From positions 1 through 32,625 of IMG/VR virus record IMGVR_UViG_3300037156_000269: a stretch of 32,625 bases of DNA; one strand, 5' to 3'. This document shows positions 9,934 to 17,843 of this stretch, piece by piece. The notes beneath the pieces were generated by a model. That model saw nothing but the letters and a program-made list of their open reading frames with translations. It had not been told where the DNA came from and did no database searches. The position numbers and the translations under genes were made by a program. This stretch comes from a virus. Lineage: Duplodnaviria; Heunggongvirae; Uroviricota; Caudoviricetes. Position 1 is the stretch's first letter; each line of letters opens with the position of its first letter.

Positions 9934-12015
9934 ATGAAGATAACGCTACTCATTCCGCTATTGTTTTATTCTCTTATCGCCATGGGTTCCGGCTCCCGAA
10001 CCCTTGAAGGCGATTCTATTACATCCTCGAATCACGCGACCACTATCACTCTCCCGGCTGTCGGGGGTTCGGATACTGCAACTCTTAACGGGTTCTCTCA
10101 AACTCTAACAAACAAAACTCTGACGTCCCCGACAATAAACAGCGGCGCTCTCAGCGGAACATTTTCTGGCACGCCAACATTTTCCGGGTCCACAACCTTT
10201 AGTAGTTCTGTAAGCGCCAATTCTTTAACAACAACAAACCCTGTTGCGGCCTCATACGGCGGAACTGGCCAATCAAGTTATACAGTCGGTGACATTCCAT
10301 ACGCCTCGGCAACAAATGCATTATCTAAGCTTCCAATAGGAACAACTAATCAGGTTCTTTCGCCAGTGGCTGGCGTACCAGCTTGGGTTACTCCGGTAAA
10401 CGTTGGCGCGGTTATGACCGATTGGGTGAGCTATACCCCAACATTCGGTGCAGGTTGGGGTGCACCTACAAGTCAAAATATTAGATCTCGTCGTGTTGGG
10501 GCAAACCTTGAGGTTCAAGGTTACATGATAACAGGAACTACTACTGCCGCATCCTCTTCTATGACTCTAGGATATAATGGTACGAATGCAAACGTAACTA
10601 CCGATACTACTTTAGGAACCCAAGTAGTTGGTGATGGTACTTTGGGTACTAATGCAACAACTCTTTTCAGAGCCCATATATTTTCAACTACTGGAAATAC
10701 TGTTACCTGGTCAGCTCAATCTAGTAGTGCTACAGGGGTAAATAATAACCCTATAAACGTAAGTGCCATTTCCTCCAGTGGGACAGGGGTATCTTTTTAC
10801 TTCTCTGTTCCAATTTCTGGATGGACTGCAAATTCTTTGGTCAGTGTTGGTGGTGCTGTAAATTCTACAGTATCAAGAGCAACTGCCTCTGGAACAGCCT
10901 CTGGTACTGGTGGTTTCGTCTCTGGAACTTATACGACTCCTGCCAATGTTTGGCGTTTAAAAGTCAAAGGTATAGCCGGTGGTGGTGGTGGTGCTGGCGG
11001 CAGCGGAACTGGTGTAAGTGGTGGGGCTGGAGGAAATGGTGGTAACACCACTTTCGGTTCATCTTTACTTGTAGCCAACGGTGGATTAGGGGCTCCAGCC
11101 ACTTCGTCTGTTGGCAATGGTGGTGCTGGTGGCATTCCCTCAATAAGCTCACCTGCTGTTGTTATAAGCTCCTATCCAGGCGGCGGCGGTCAGGCTGGTT
11201 TGTCAGAGGTACTCAACACTGCAAATATTCCAGGAGGGATTGGTGGTTCATCTTGTGCAGGTGGAGCAGGAGTTTCTTTCACAGCAGCTGTAGGTGGTAC
11301 TGGTGGAACTAATACAGGTGGAGGAGGCTCAGGTGGAGCTAACATCACGGGTTCTGGACAAGATACCGCTGGTGGTGGTGGTGGGTCTGGTTCATGTCTT
11401 GAAGCTTATATCTATCCAACCGCTGGACAAACATTCTCTTATTCAGTAGGCACTGGAGGTACAGCTGGTACCGCTGGAACCTCTGGTCTTGCTGGCGGTG
11501 CTGGCGGATCAGGTGTAATTGAAGTTACAGAAGACTATTTCAACGGCCCTATTGGTTCAGCTACCAGTCTTACAACAAGTAAGATAACTGGAGTAACAGA
11601 TGGAAGTAACGCAGTTGCAGGCCAAATTGGAGAGTATGTTTCGGCGAATCCTGGAAGTCCGGTAACACCAGCAACTTCTAATACAAGTGCTCAACTCACT
11701 TCGATTTCTCTTACAGCTGGTGATTGGGATGTCTATGGGACTTGCTCGTATACCCCAGGAACAGGAACGGCGACATTAATGGCTTGCGGAATTTCTTTAA
11801 ATTCAACTAGTTTTGACTCTCTTGTACTCGGTGGTTATGTTCAAATAAACGCAAATCCTTTTTCAAATGCGTTTTATCTTCAAGCCATAGCTCCTCGTCG
11901 TATAAATATTACGACCACCACCACAATTTATTTGGTCGGGGAGGCAATTTATAGCTCTCTCGGTACGGCAAGCTGGTCTGTCAACAATATTATCCAAGCC
12001 CGTAGAATTCGTTAA
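9934..12015 (+). CDS. Tail-fibre-like protein 2 with Sec signal peptide and glycine-rich domain
   Basis: GGGAG RBS before ATG 9934, preferred over 9892. Signal MKITLLIPLLFYSLIAMG|SG. Motifs TLTNKTLTSP, GGTGQSSYTVGDIPYAS and TDWVSYTPT, a poly-Gly domain, and C-terminal 'TDGSNAVAGQIGEY...ISLTAGDWDV...IQARRIR'. Confidence 0.8.
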   Translation: MKITLLIPLLFYSLIAMGSGSRTLEGDSITSSNHATTITLPAVGGSDTATLNGFSQTLTNKTLTSPTINSGALSGTFSGTPTFSGSTTFSSSVSANSLTTTNPVAASYGGTGQSSYTVGDIPYASATNALSKLPIGTTNQVLSPVAGVPAWVTPVNVGAVMTDWVSYTPTFGAGWGAPTSQNIRSRRVGANLEVQGYMITGTTTAASSSMTLGYNGTNANVTTDTTLGTQVVGDGTLGTNATTLFRAHIFSTTGNTVTWSAQSSSATGVNNNPINVSAISSSGTGVSFYFSVPISGWTANSLVSVGGAVNSTVSRATASGTASGTGGFVSGTYTTPANVWRLKVKGIAGGGGGAGGSGTGVSGGAGGNGGNTTFGSSLLVANGGLGAPATSSVGNGGAGGIPSISSPAVVISSYPGGGGQAGLSEVLNTANIPGGIGGSSCAGGAGVSFTAAVGGTGGTNTGGGGSGGANITGSGQDTAGGGGGSGSCLEAYIYPTAGQTFSYSVGTGGTAGTAGTSGLAGGAGGSGVIEVTEDYFNGPIGSATSLTTSKITGVTDGSNAVAGQIGEYVSANPGSPVTPATSNTSAQLTSISLTAGDWDVYGTCSYTPGTGTATLMACGISLNSTSFDSLVLGGYVQINANPFSNAFYLQAIAPRRINITTTTTIYLVGEAIYSSLGTASWSVNNIIQARRIR

Positions 12016-12035
12016 ATTAAGACAGAGGAGTTACG

Positions 12036-13367
12036 ATGAAATTTTTGCTAGTTTTTTTAATCACCGTTATTTTATCTTCGGCATCAGCTAAAGGAAGACT
12101 ACAGAACGAGGATTTTAAATCATTATCTGATTTAACATCGGCTGTTTTAACAACAACAGGAAGTCTCACTAATTCAAACGCTTGCATCTCTTCGATTGGA
12201 TCAACAACTGGGCTAGCGGTTGGACACTTCATCTATGATTCAACAAACCCAACCTATATTCCTTCTGGAACAACAATCGCAGGTTTGCCTGGAATTTGCT
12301 CTGCTGGACAAGTACAGATGTCAGCAAGCGCTACGCATGCAGCAACTGGAGATATAGTTACCTTTGGTGGTCAAGCTTCTCAGCTTTTAAATTCAGCTAA
12401 AATTTATTTAGAGAATGCTGCAATTATGGAGCAGTTCTCGTCTGCAATTTCCGATGGTCTTTTGTTTAAGGCTGCTTCTATTCTTACAACCAAAGGCGAT
12501 CTCCTCGGTTTTGGAACTACGACATCACGAGTTCCAGTTGGAACAAATGGACAATATTTAACTGCAAACTCTAGTGCAGCTACAGGATGGGATTGGGAAA
12601 CTCCGGCAGCACTCACTGTTTCTCAATACCACACGCAGTCGTTCACAAGCTCTGGCACATTCACAACACCTGTTGGCTCGACGACATCAACTGTATACAA
12701 GGTTACAGTTTGTGGTGGTGGTCAGAGCGGTGGCGTTTATAACGGTGGAGCAGGCGGCGGCGGAGGCGGAGGCGGCGGTGGTGGATCATTAAATACTTCA
12801 TTAAATGATTCGGGAGGCGGCGGTGGCGGTGGCGGTTTTATAGAAGCTATTATTTTCCCTACATCTAGTCAAACATTTGCTTATTCAGTAGGAGCAGCAG
12901 GAACTTCAAGTGTTGGTTCTGGTGGTGGTGCAGGTGGCGGAGCTGGTGGCTTAGGTTATATAGAAGTAACAGAATACTATTTCAACGGGTCCATAGGTTC
13001 GGCGACAAATGTAACAGGTATTGTAGCTATTGCAAATGGTGGCACAGGTGTTAATAATGCAGAACCTAGCTACCGAGCAAGTGTTAATTCAACATGTTCA
13101 TCTTCCCCGTGTACTATAACGCAAGCTGGTACATGGTTAACAAATATTACTAGAACTAGTACTGGTATTTATGTCGCCAACTTTGCGGCTGGTACTTTTA
13201 CTGTTCAACCCACTTGTATCCTGAACGGGAGTGCCCAATCAAATAACCTTGTGTATTGTATTCTTGATGGGTCTAGTGGAACATCTAATGCAACTTTCTT
13301 TTGTGCTGCCGGTGGTAGTGCAACACCCACTGATACTGCTTTTGCTCTTCATTGTATTGGAAAATAA
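12036..13367 (+). CDS. Tail-fibre-like protein 3 with Sec signal peptide
   Basis: GAGGAG RBS. Signal MKFLLVFLITVILSSASA|KG. Fibre motif LTTKGDLL...RVPVGTNGQYLTANS, a short Gly-rich domain, and a Cys-rich C-terminal 'ITRTSTGIYVANF...PTC' domain. Confidence 0.8.
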   Translation: MKFLLVFLITVILSSASAKGRLQNEDFKSLSDLTSAVLTTTGSLTNSNACISSIGSTTGLAVGHFIYDSTNPTYIPSGTTIAGLPGICSAGQVQMSASATHAATGDIVTFGGQASQLLNSAKIYLENAAIMEQFSSAISDGLLFKAASILTTKGDLLGFGTTTSRVPVGTNGQYLTANSSAATGWDWETPAALTVSQYHTQSFTSSGTFTTPVGSTTSTVYKVTVCGGGQSGGVYNGGAGGGGGGGGGGGSLNTSLNDSGGGGGGGGFIEAIIFPTSSQTFAYSVGAAGTSSVGSGGGAGGGAGGLGYIEVTEYYFNGSIGSATNVTGIVAIANGGTGVNNAEPSYRASVNSTCSSSPCTITQAGTWLTNITRTSTGIYVANFAAGTFTVQPTCILNGSAQSNNLVYCILDGSSGTSNATFFCAAGGSATPTDTAFALHCIGK

Positions 13368-13402
13368 GAAATTTATTTAAATTTAAAAAAATGACAGAAA
13401 GC

Positions 13403-13442
13403 GTAGGAGTCAGAACTGAAAATTCTTTGACTCCAAGTCTAC
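13403..13442. other. Intergenic imperfect inverted repeat
   Basis: GGAGTCA (13406-13412) pairs with TGACTCC (13428-13434), with inner GAA/TTC and outer GTAG/CTAC. It sits in the only >100-nt gap of the fibre block. Confidence 0.45.
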
Positions 13443-13482
13443 AGATGAGAACATTGGATTTATCGGTAATTTCGGAGGTTTT

Positions 13483-16068
13483 ATGCAGCTCTACATTCGT
13501 CTAGTGTTTACCATTGCTCTTATATTTCAGGCGCCGATGGCGTTTGCCATAGGTAGAATCCAAGGGGCCGACGTTAAGAATCAGGCCGACATTCAGTCGA
13601 CAAACGGTACCGCGACTGGAAACCTGACCCTCTCAAGTGCCTGTGTGTCGTCACTCTCCTTCAGTGTCGGAACTTACGCGAAGCTTATCGTCGGAGCGTA
13701 TATTTACGACTCGACAAACCCAACCTACATCTCGTCAGGCACGACAATCTTAGGACTGCCGGGCTCCTGCTCTGCGGGCCAAGTGCAAATGAGCTCGAAC
13801 GCCACTCATGCGGCGACTGGCGATACGCTCACGTTCGGCGGATCGATCTCGCAATTCATTCATGACAACCAGCTCTATGTCGGCGCCAACGGCGTCAACG
13901 ATACTCTTTACAACGCGATCACCAACGGAAACATTGGCGGTTCGGGTGGGGGCGCAACAGGGATTGAGCTGCTACCAAATCCTGGTTTCGAATCTGGTGG
14001 TGCGACAACGAACTGGTCTTCGACTGGCGGAACTGTTGCTACGGTTTCGAGCGGAATTAACCTTCTATACGGTAAAAAATCGGCGTCATGGCAGGCCACG
14101 GCCAGTGGACAAATTTTCGAATCAGCTGTGCTTCCGATTCAGGGCTTGGTCGGCGGAAACTGTTCGGCGTCGATTTACTACACCTATGCTGGCTCGGCTG
14201 GTGACTATACGCTCTCAGTAACGGACGGCACCTCTACTTTAAGTTCGGTGGCGTTGCCGGTAAACTCAGTCGCATCGGTTCCACAAAGCATTTCGTTCCC
14301 TTGTGGTGCCAGCACATCTTCAACACTTCAATGGCAGCTCAAGTCAACGGTGGCATCGCCTTCGATTATTTATTTCGATAACGCACACCTCGGATCTCTC
14401 TCACTTCTCTATGTCAATCAACCGCTTCCTGTCGGCACAATTTTCCCTTTTGGTTCAACAACTTGTCCAACAGGTGCTTTAAGTGCTGACGGTTCCGCGA
14501 TTTCTCGCACGCAATACTCGACGCTCTTTGCTGTCATGGGCACGACCTATGGAGTCGGCGATGGGTCTACGACTTTCAATCTTCCCAACGGTAAGGGTGT
14601 TTTCCTCCGTGGTGACGGAACCCAAACTATTGGCGGCATAGCAACCCCAACTATTGTAGCTGGTACGACTCAAGGTGATCAGATGCAGGGTCACCATCAC
14701 GTTTTTCAGGGTGGAAACACTATCAACTCAGGCGGATCAATCCCGTACATATTTGCACCTTTTAGTAACACTTCTCCTGTCACGGATGCGGATGCTGGTT
14801 ATTCTAATTCTCTTAACAACGCTGTTGCTAATCCTGTCACTGACGGAACAAACGGAACTCCCAGAACCGGCACAGAGACTAGACCGGCAAACATCGGCGT
14901 CCACTACTGCGTACAAGATCAAATTCAGCAAATCGCATACAGCCCGGCCTCTGGTGGCTTATCCGCTGGAGATATTGTTGAGACTGGTGCGCAATCCTGC
15001 CCAGTTGGAACTCTTGTGATGGATGGCACGAGCTACCCCACGGCTACTTATCCTGACCTGTTCGCAGCCATCGGCTACACCTATGGAGGATCGGGCGCGA
15101 ACTTCAACGTGCCAAATGGTCAGGGTGTTTTTCTCCGTGGTGCAGGCTCGCAGATTATTTCTTCAATTAGCTATACGGGAACTCAGGGCACGACTCAGGG
15201 CGATCAGATGCAGGGCCACACACACGCTGAAAGCATGAACAATGGTGCAGGTGGTGCAGTCACATCCATTACACAGACAGGTAGTCTCGCTGGAGTGGCT
15301 ACTTACGCAAATATACCAACTGGAGTGCCCGTCACTGACGGAACAAACGGAACGCCTCGCACAGGGACAGAAACCCGTCCGGCTAACATCACGGTCAAGC
15401 GTTGTATTCGTACCGTGGCGGCATCAGCGGCACCTATTCTTGTCGGCGGCACCTATCAGATTCATCGCGTCCAACTTTCTAGCGGCGCGAGTTGGACGGT
15501 TCCTGCGGGGACCACATTGGCGACCGTTTATAAAGTTACTTGTGTTGGCGGTGGAGGTGGCGGTGGCGGTGGAGCCGATAGCGGTGCAGCCGGTGGTGGT
15601 GGCGGGGGCTGGGGAATAGCTTTAGTTTCTGGATTAGTTTCTGGTAACGCTGTCTCAACTTCGTTCGGATCTGGTGGCTCTGCTGTCGGCTTATCATCAA
15701 ACTCAAGTGGTGGCAGCGGCGGGTCTACTAGTTTTGGGTCGTACTGTACCGGTGCAGCCGGTGGCGGTGGAGCCGGTGGCTCAAGTAGCGCTACTCCAGG
15801 GGGAGCCGGTGGATGTTATAGCGTAGCCACTTCTGGCGGGTGCGGAAATGACGGAACAACGGGATCAAGTGTTGGCAGTTACGGCGGTGTCGGCGGTAAC
15901 GGCGGTGGAAGTTTATTCGGAGGCGGCGGCAGCGGCGGAAACGCTAACGTAAGCGCACCCTCGGCTGGCCGCGCTTGCGGCGCTGGCGGTGGCGGTAACG
16001 GTTATACCGCATCATCCGGGTCTGGCTTAGGCGCCGCGGGTTGTATAGTGATTGAATGGAATCAATAA
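13483..16068 (+). CDS. Tail-fibre-like protein 4 with Sec signal peptide, CBM-like domain, two phage tail-collar domains and a glycine-rich C-terminal domain
   Basis: GGAGG RBS. Signal MQLYIRLVFTIALIFQAPMAFA|IG. 'LLPNPGFESG...YFDNAHL' is CBM-like. Two collar motifs 'DG..(IS/YP)...Y..LFA..G.TYG....FN.PNG.GVFLRG', each followed by QGH.H and ETRPANI. Confidence 0.85.
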   Translation: MQLYIRLVFTIALIFQAPMAFAIGRIQGADVKNQADIQSTNGTATGNLTLSSACVSSLSFSVGTYAKLIVGAYIYDSTNPTYISSGTTILGLPGSCSAGQVQMSSNATHAATGDTLTFGGSISQFIHDNQLYVGANGVNDTLYNAITNGNIGGSGGGATGIELLPNPGFESGGATTNWSSTGGTVATVSSGINLLYGKKSASWQATASGQIFESAVLPIQGLVGGNCSASIYYTYAGSAGDYTLSVTDGTSTLSSVALPVNSVASVPQSISFPCGASTSSTLQWQLKSTVASPSIIYFDNAHLGSLSLLYVNQPLPVGTIFPFGSTTCPTGALSADGSAISRTQYSTLFAVMGTTYGVGDGSTTFNLPNGKGVFLRGDGTQTIGGIATPTIVAGTTQGDQMQGHHHVFQGGNTINSGGSIPYIFAPFSNTSPVTDADAGYSNSLNNAVANPVTDGTNGTPRTGTETRPANIGVHYCVQDQIQQIAYSPASGGLSAGDIVETGAQSCPVGTLVMDGTSYPTATYPDLFAAIGYTYGGSGANFNVPNGQGVFLRGAGSQIISSISYTGTQGTTQGDQMQGHTHAESMNNGAGGAVTSITQTGSLAGVATYANIPTGVPVTDGTNGTPRTGTETRPANITVKRCIRTVAASAAPILVGGTYQIHRVQLSSGASWTVPAGTTLATVYKVTCVGGGGGGGGGADSGAAGGGGGGWGIALVSGLVSGNAVSTSFGSGGSAVGLSSNSSGGSGGSTSFGSYCTGAAGGGGAGGSSSATPGGAGGCYSVATSGGCGNDGTTGSSVGSYGGVGGNGGGSLFGGGGSGGNANVSAPSAGRACGAGGGGNGYTASSGSGLGAAGCIVIEWNQ
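14425..15412 (+). repeat. Internal duplication of the tail-collar/needle module (about 165 aa period)
   Basis: An identical 23-mer GTCACTGACGGAACAAACGGAAC occurs at 14836-14858 and 15331-15353. Both copies share GTTQGDQMQGH and PVTDGTNGTPRTGTETRPANI. Confidence 0.9.
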
Positions 16069-16082
16069 TTTTAGGGAGATTT

Positions 16083-16997
16083 ATGGTGAAACACTTTTTA
16101 ATTATCCTTCTATTCCTAGCCGGATGCGTGAGCAAACCACCCGCACCGGTACCTGCTCCATCTCCTACGCCCGTAGCGACGCCAACTCCGGCACCAACGC
16201 CACAGGCTAGCCCTACTCCTGCACCAAGCCCAACACCAAGTGGTGATGTGGGCGCTGCGGTTACAAAAATCGAAGCCCTGGCGAGCGGATCGCAGTGTGC
16301 TGCGTATAGTTTCAAGAATCGCGGGCATGCGCCGAAAGGTTACATGAAAGGCATTGCTCTCGTTTTTGCGAGAGCGGTCTGTCAACAATCGTCATCGATG
16401 AATGCCCTGCTTGAGGCGCCAAAGACTAACGACGATCTCCATGATGCGCTCTCTTGGTATAACTCGATTTACTCAAGTCTTGGAATGAGTAACGTCGGCG
16501 GCCTCGACACTCTTCGCCACGTCTACAATCTCAACATCGGTTCTGGAATGATGGAATCGAGCGGCAAGTATTGCTGCGGGCGCGATATGAGCTCGGACTT
16601 CTCTTCGGCGTCGTCCGCGGAGGCCGGTCCCATGCAAACTTCATACGGTGCAATCGTCGCTAGCCCGACTGAGCTTGGTAAGCTGTATGCTGCTTACCAG
16701 TCATCAACGGCTCCTAAGTGCTACCTGGACGTTTTTCAAGAAGGAGCTTCATGTGGCTCTGGAGACGCAACAAACTGGGGAAGTGGAGTTGGTTATAACT
16801 GGCAAGTTTTGACAAAAAAGTGTCCAGCTTTCGCGGTTGAGTGGGCGGCGGTTCTGCTTAGAAAGACGGGCGGATCGAAGGGTGAATTTGGACCGGTTCG
16901 CAAGCATCTGGCCGAAGTCGTTCCAGCGTGTGATGACATGCTGCTGAATGTGCAGAATTATGTGCTAGCCAACCCGTTTGTCTGCGGGGGACTTTAA
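16083..16997 (+). CDS. Lipoprotein with Pro/Thr linker and lysozyme/lytic-transglycosylase-like domain (candidate endolysin)
   Basis: AGGGAG RBS (start ATG 16083 or GTG 16086). Lipobox LAG|C, then about 35 aa of P/T/A/S linker. 'GMMESSG...AEAGPMQ' matches the catalytic E-S plus G-x-M-Q motifs of SLT/lysozyme folds. Confidence 0.65.
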   Translation: MVKHFLIILLFLAGCVSKPPAPVPAPSPTPVATPTPAPTPQASPTPAPSPTPSGDVGAAVTKIEALASGSQCAAYSFKNRGHAPKGYMKGIALVFARAVCQQSSSMNALLEAPKTNDDLHDALSWYNSIYSSLGMSNVGGLDTLRHVYNLNIGSGMMESSGKYCCGRDMSSDFSSASSAEAGPMQTSYGAIVASPTELGKLYAAYQSSTAPKCYLDVFQEGASCGSGDATNWGSGVGYNWQVLTKKCPAFAVEWAAVLLRKTGGSKGEFGPVRKHLAEVVPACDDMLLNVQNYVLANPFVCGGL

Positions 16998-17843
16998 ATG
17001 AGGAAATTTTGGCTGGTCGGTCTGGTCACGCTGATTCCTATTTTTGTGTTGGCTCAGGTGGCGGCACCGACATCAGTCAGTCTTGCCGACTGGGTGGGGC
17101 TGCTGATCACTACTCTAAAAGATTTCATTATGAGTGGGGTCACGTGGCAGGTGAAGGTTGCGGCTGTCATAGCACTTCTTATCTCGTCGATGAAGGTGAG
17201 CTTTCTACAAGGGCTTTGGGCGAAGCTTGGTGATTTTCAAATCTGGCTTGCACCTATTCTTGGGCTCGTGGCCGGTATCATTAGCGTTCTATCGGGCGGT
17301 ACCTGGACGGATGTTCTTGGGTACGTCGCGGCCGGTGGTGGTGCTGTATTCATTCACGAGCTCCTGGATATTGTTAAAATTATTCCGGGCCTTGGCCCTA
17401 TGTGGACGGGTCTCATTGACATCATTGAAAAGATACCGGTTGTCGGTGCTAACGGCACTGCCATAGATCCCTCAAATTTGCTATCGATCTCGGACGGAAT
17501 TCTCAATGGAGTCACGGCTGTTGCGGCACAGGCCATCTGGGCAGAAGTCCTGGTCGCAGTGCCATGGCTTACTTTGCCTATCATCGGACCTATCGTTTCA
17601 TGGATTTATTTTAAGTTGGTATCATTCCTGAACGTCAATTCAATAAAATTCGCGAACTGGTTTATTTTAGGCTATCAGGTCGCCGCCCAGAAACAGGTCT
17701 ATGACACGGCAGTATCAAAACTTCAAGCTGCGCTCGCAAATGCGCAAGGAGATCCGAGTGGCTTACAGCAAGCGAGTTCCGATTTTGACAACGCTCTGGC
17801 TGGGCTCGTGCATTCTGATTTGCCTGGTGGCCCTGCTCAATAG
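16998..17843 (+). CDS. Multi-pass membrane protein of the lysis block (holin-like and/or inner-membrane spanin-like)
   Basis: Signal-like N-terminus (…IFVLA|Q), several hydrophobic helices, and a C-terminal amphipathic helix AAQKQVYDTAVSKLQAALANA. Its 3' end is overlapped by a lipoprotein gene. Confidence 0.55.
   Translation: MRKFWLVGLVTLIPIFVLAQVAAPTSVSLADWVGLLITTLKDFIMSGVTWQVKVAAVIALLISSMKVSFLQGLWAKLGDFQIWLAPILGLVAGIISVLSGGTWTDVLGYVAAGGGAVFIHELLDIVKIIPGLGPMWTGLIDIIEKIPVVGANGTAIDPSNLLSISDGILNGVTAVAAQAIWAEVLVAVPWLTLPIIGPIVSWIYFKLVSFLNVNSIKFANWFILGYQVAAQKQVYDTAVSKLQAALANAQGDPSGLQQASSDFDNALAGLVHSDLPGGPAQ

Noticed and set aside
8333-16068. Diversity-generating retroelement or invertase shufflon acting on the fibres
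   Set aside because: No reverse transcriptase or recombinase is present in the window. The repeats differ at synonymous positions of all bases rather than only adenines, all cassettes are co-oriented complete genes, and no inverted crossover sites were seen.
618-16068. Tailocin or extracellular contractile injection system
   Set aside because: A portal-like gene and head-type genes in the same window point to a DNA-packaging phage.
8333-16997. Firm host assignment to Bdellovibrionota
   Set aside because: The secreted fibres and the lipoprotein enzyme are reminiscent of Bdellovibrio proteins, but no S74 chaperone domain is visible and nothing in the window proves the host. It would need homology or CRISPR-spacer searches.
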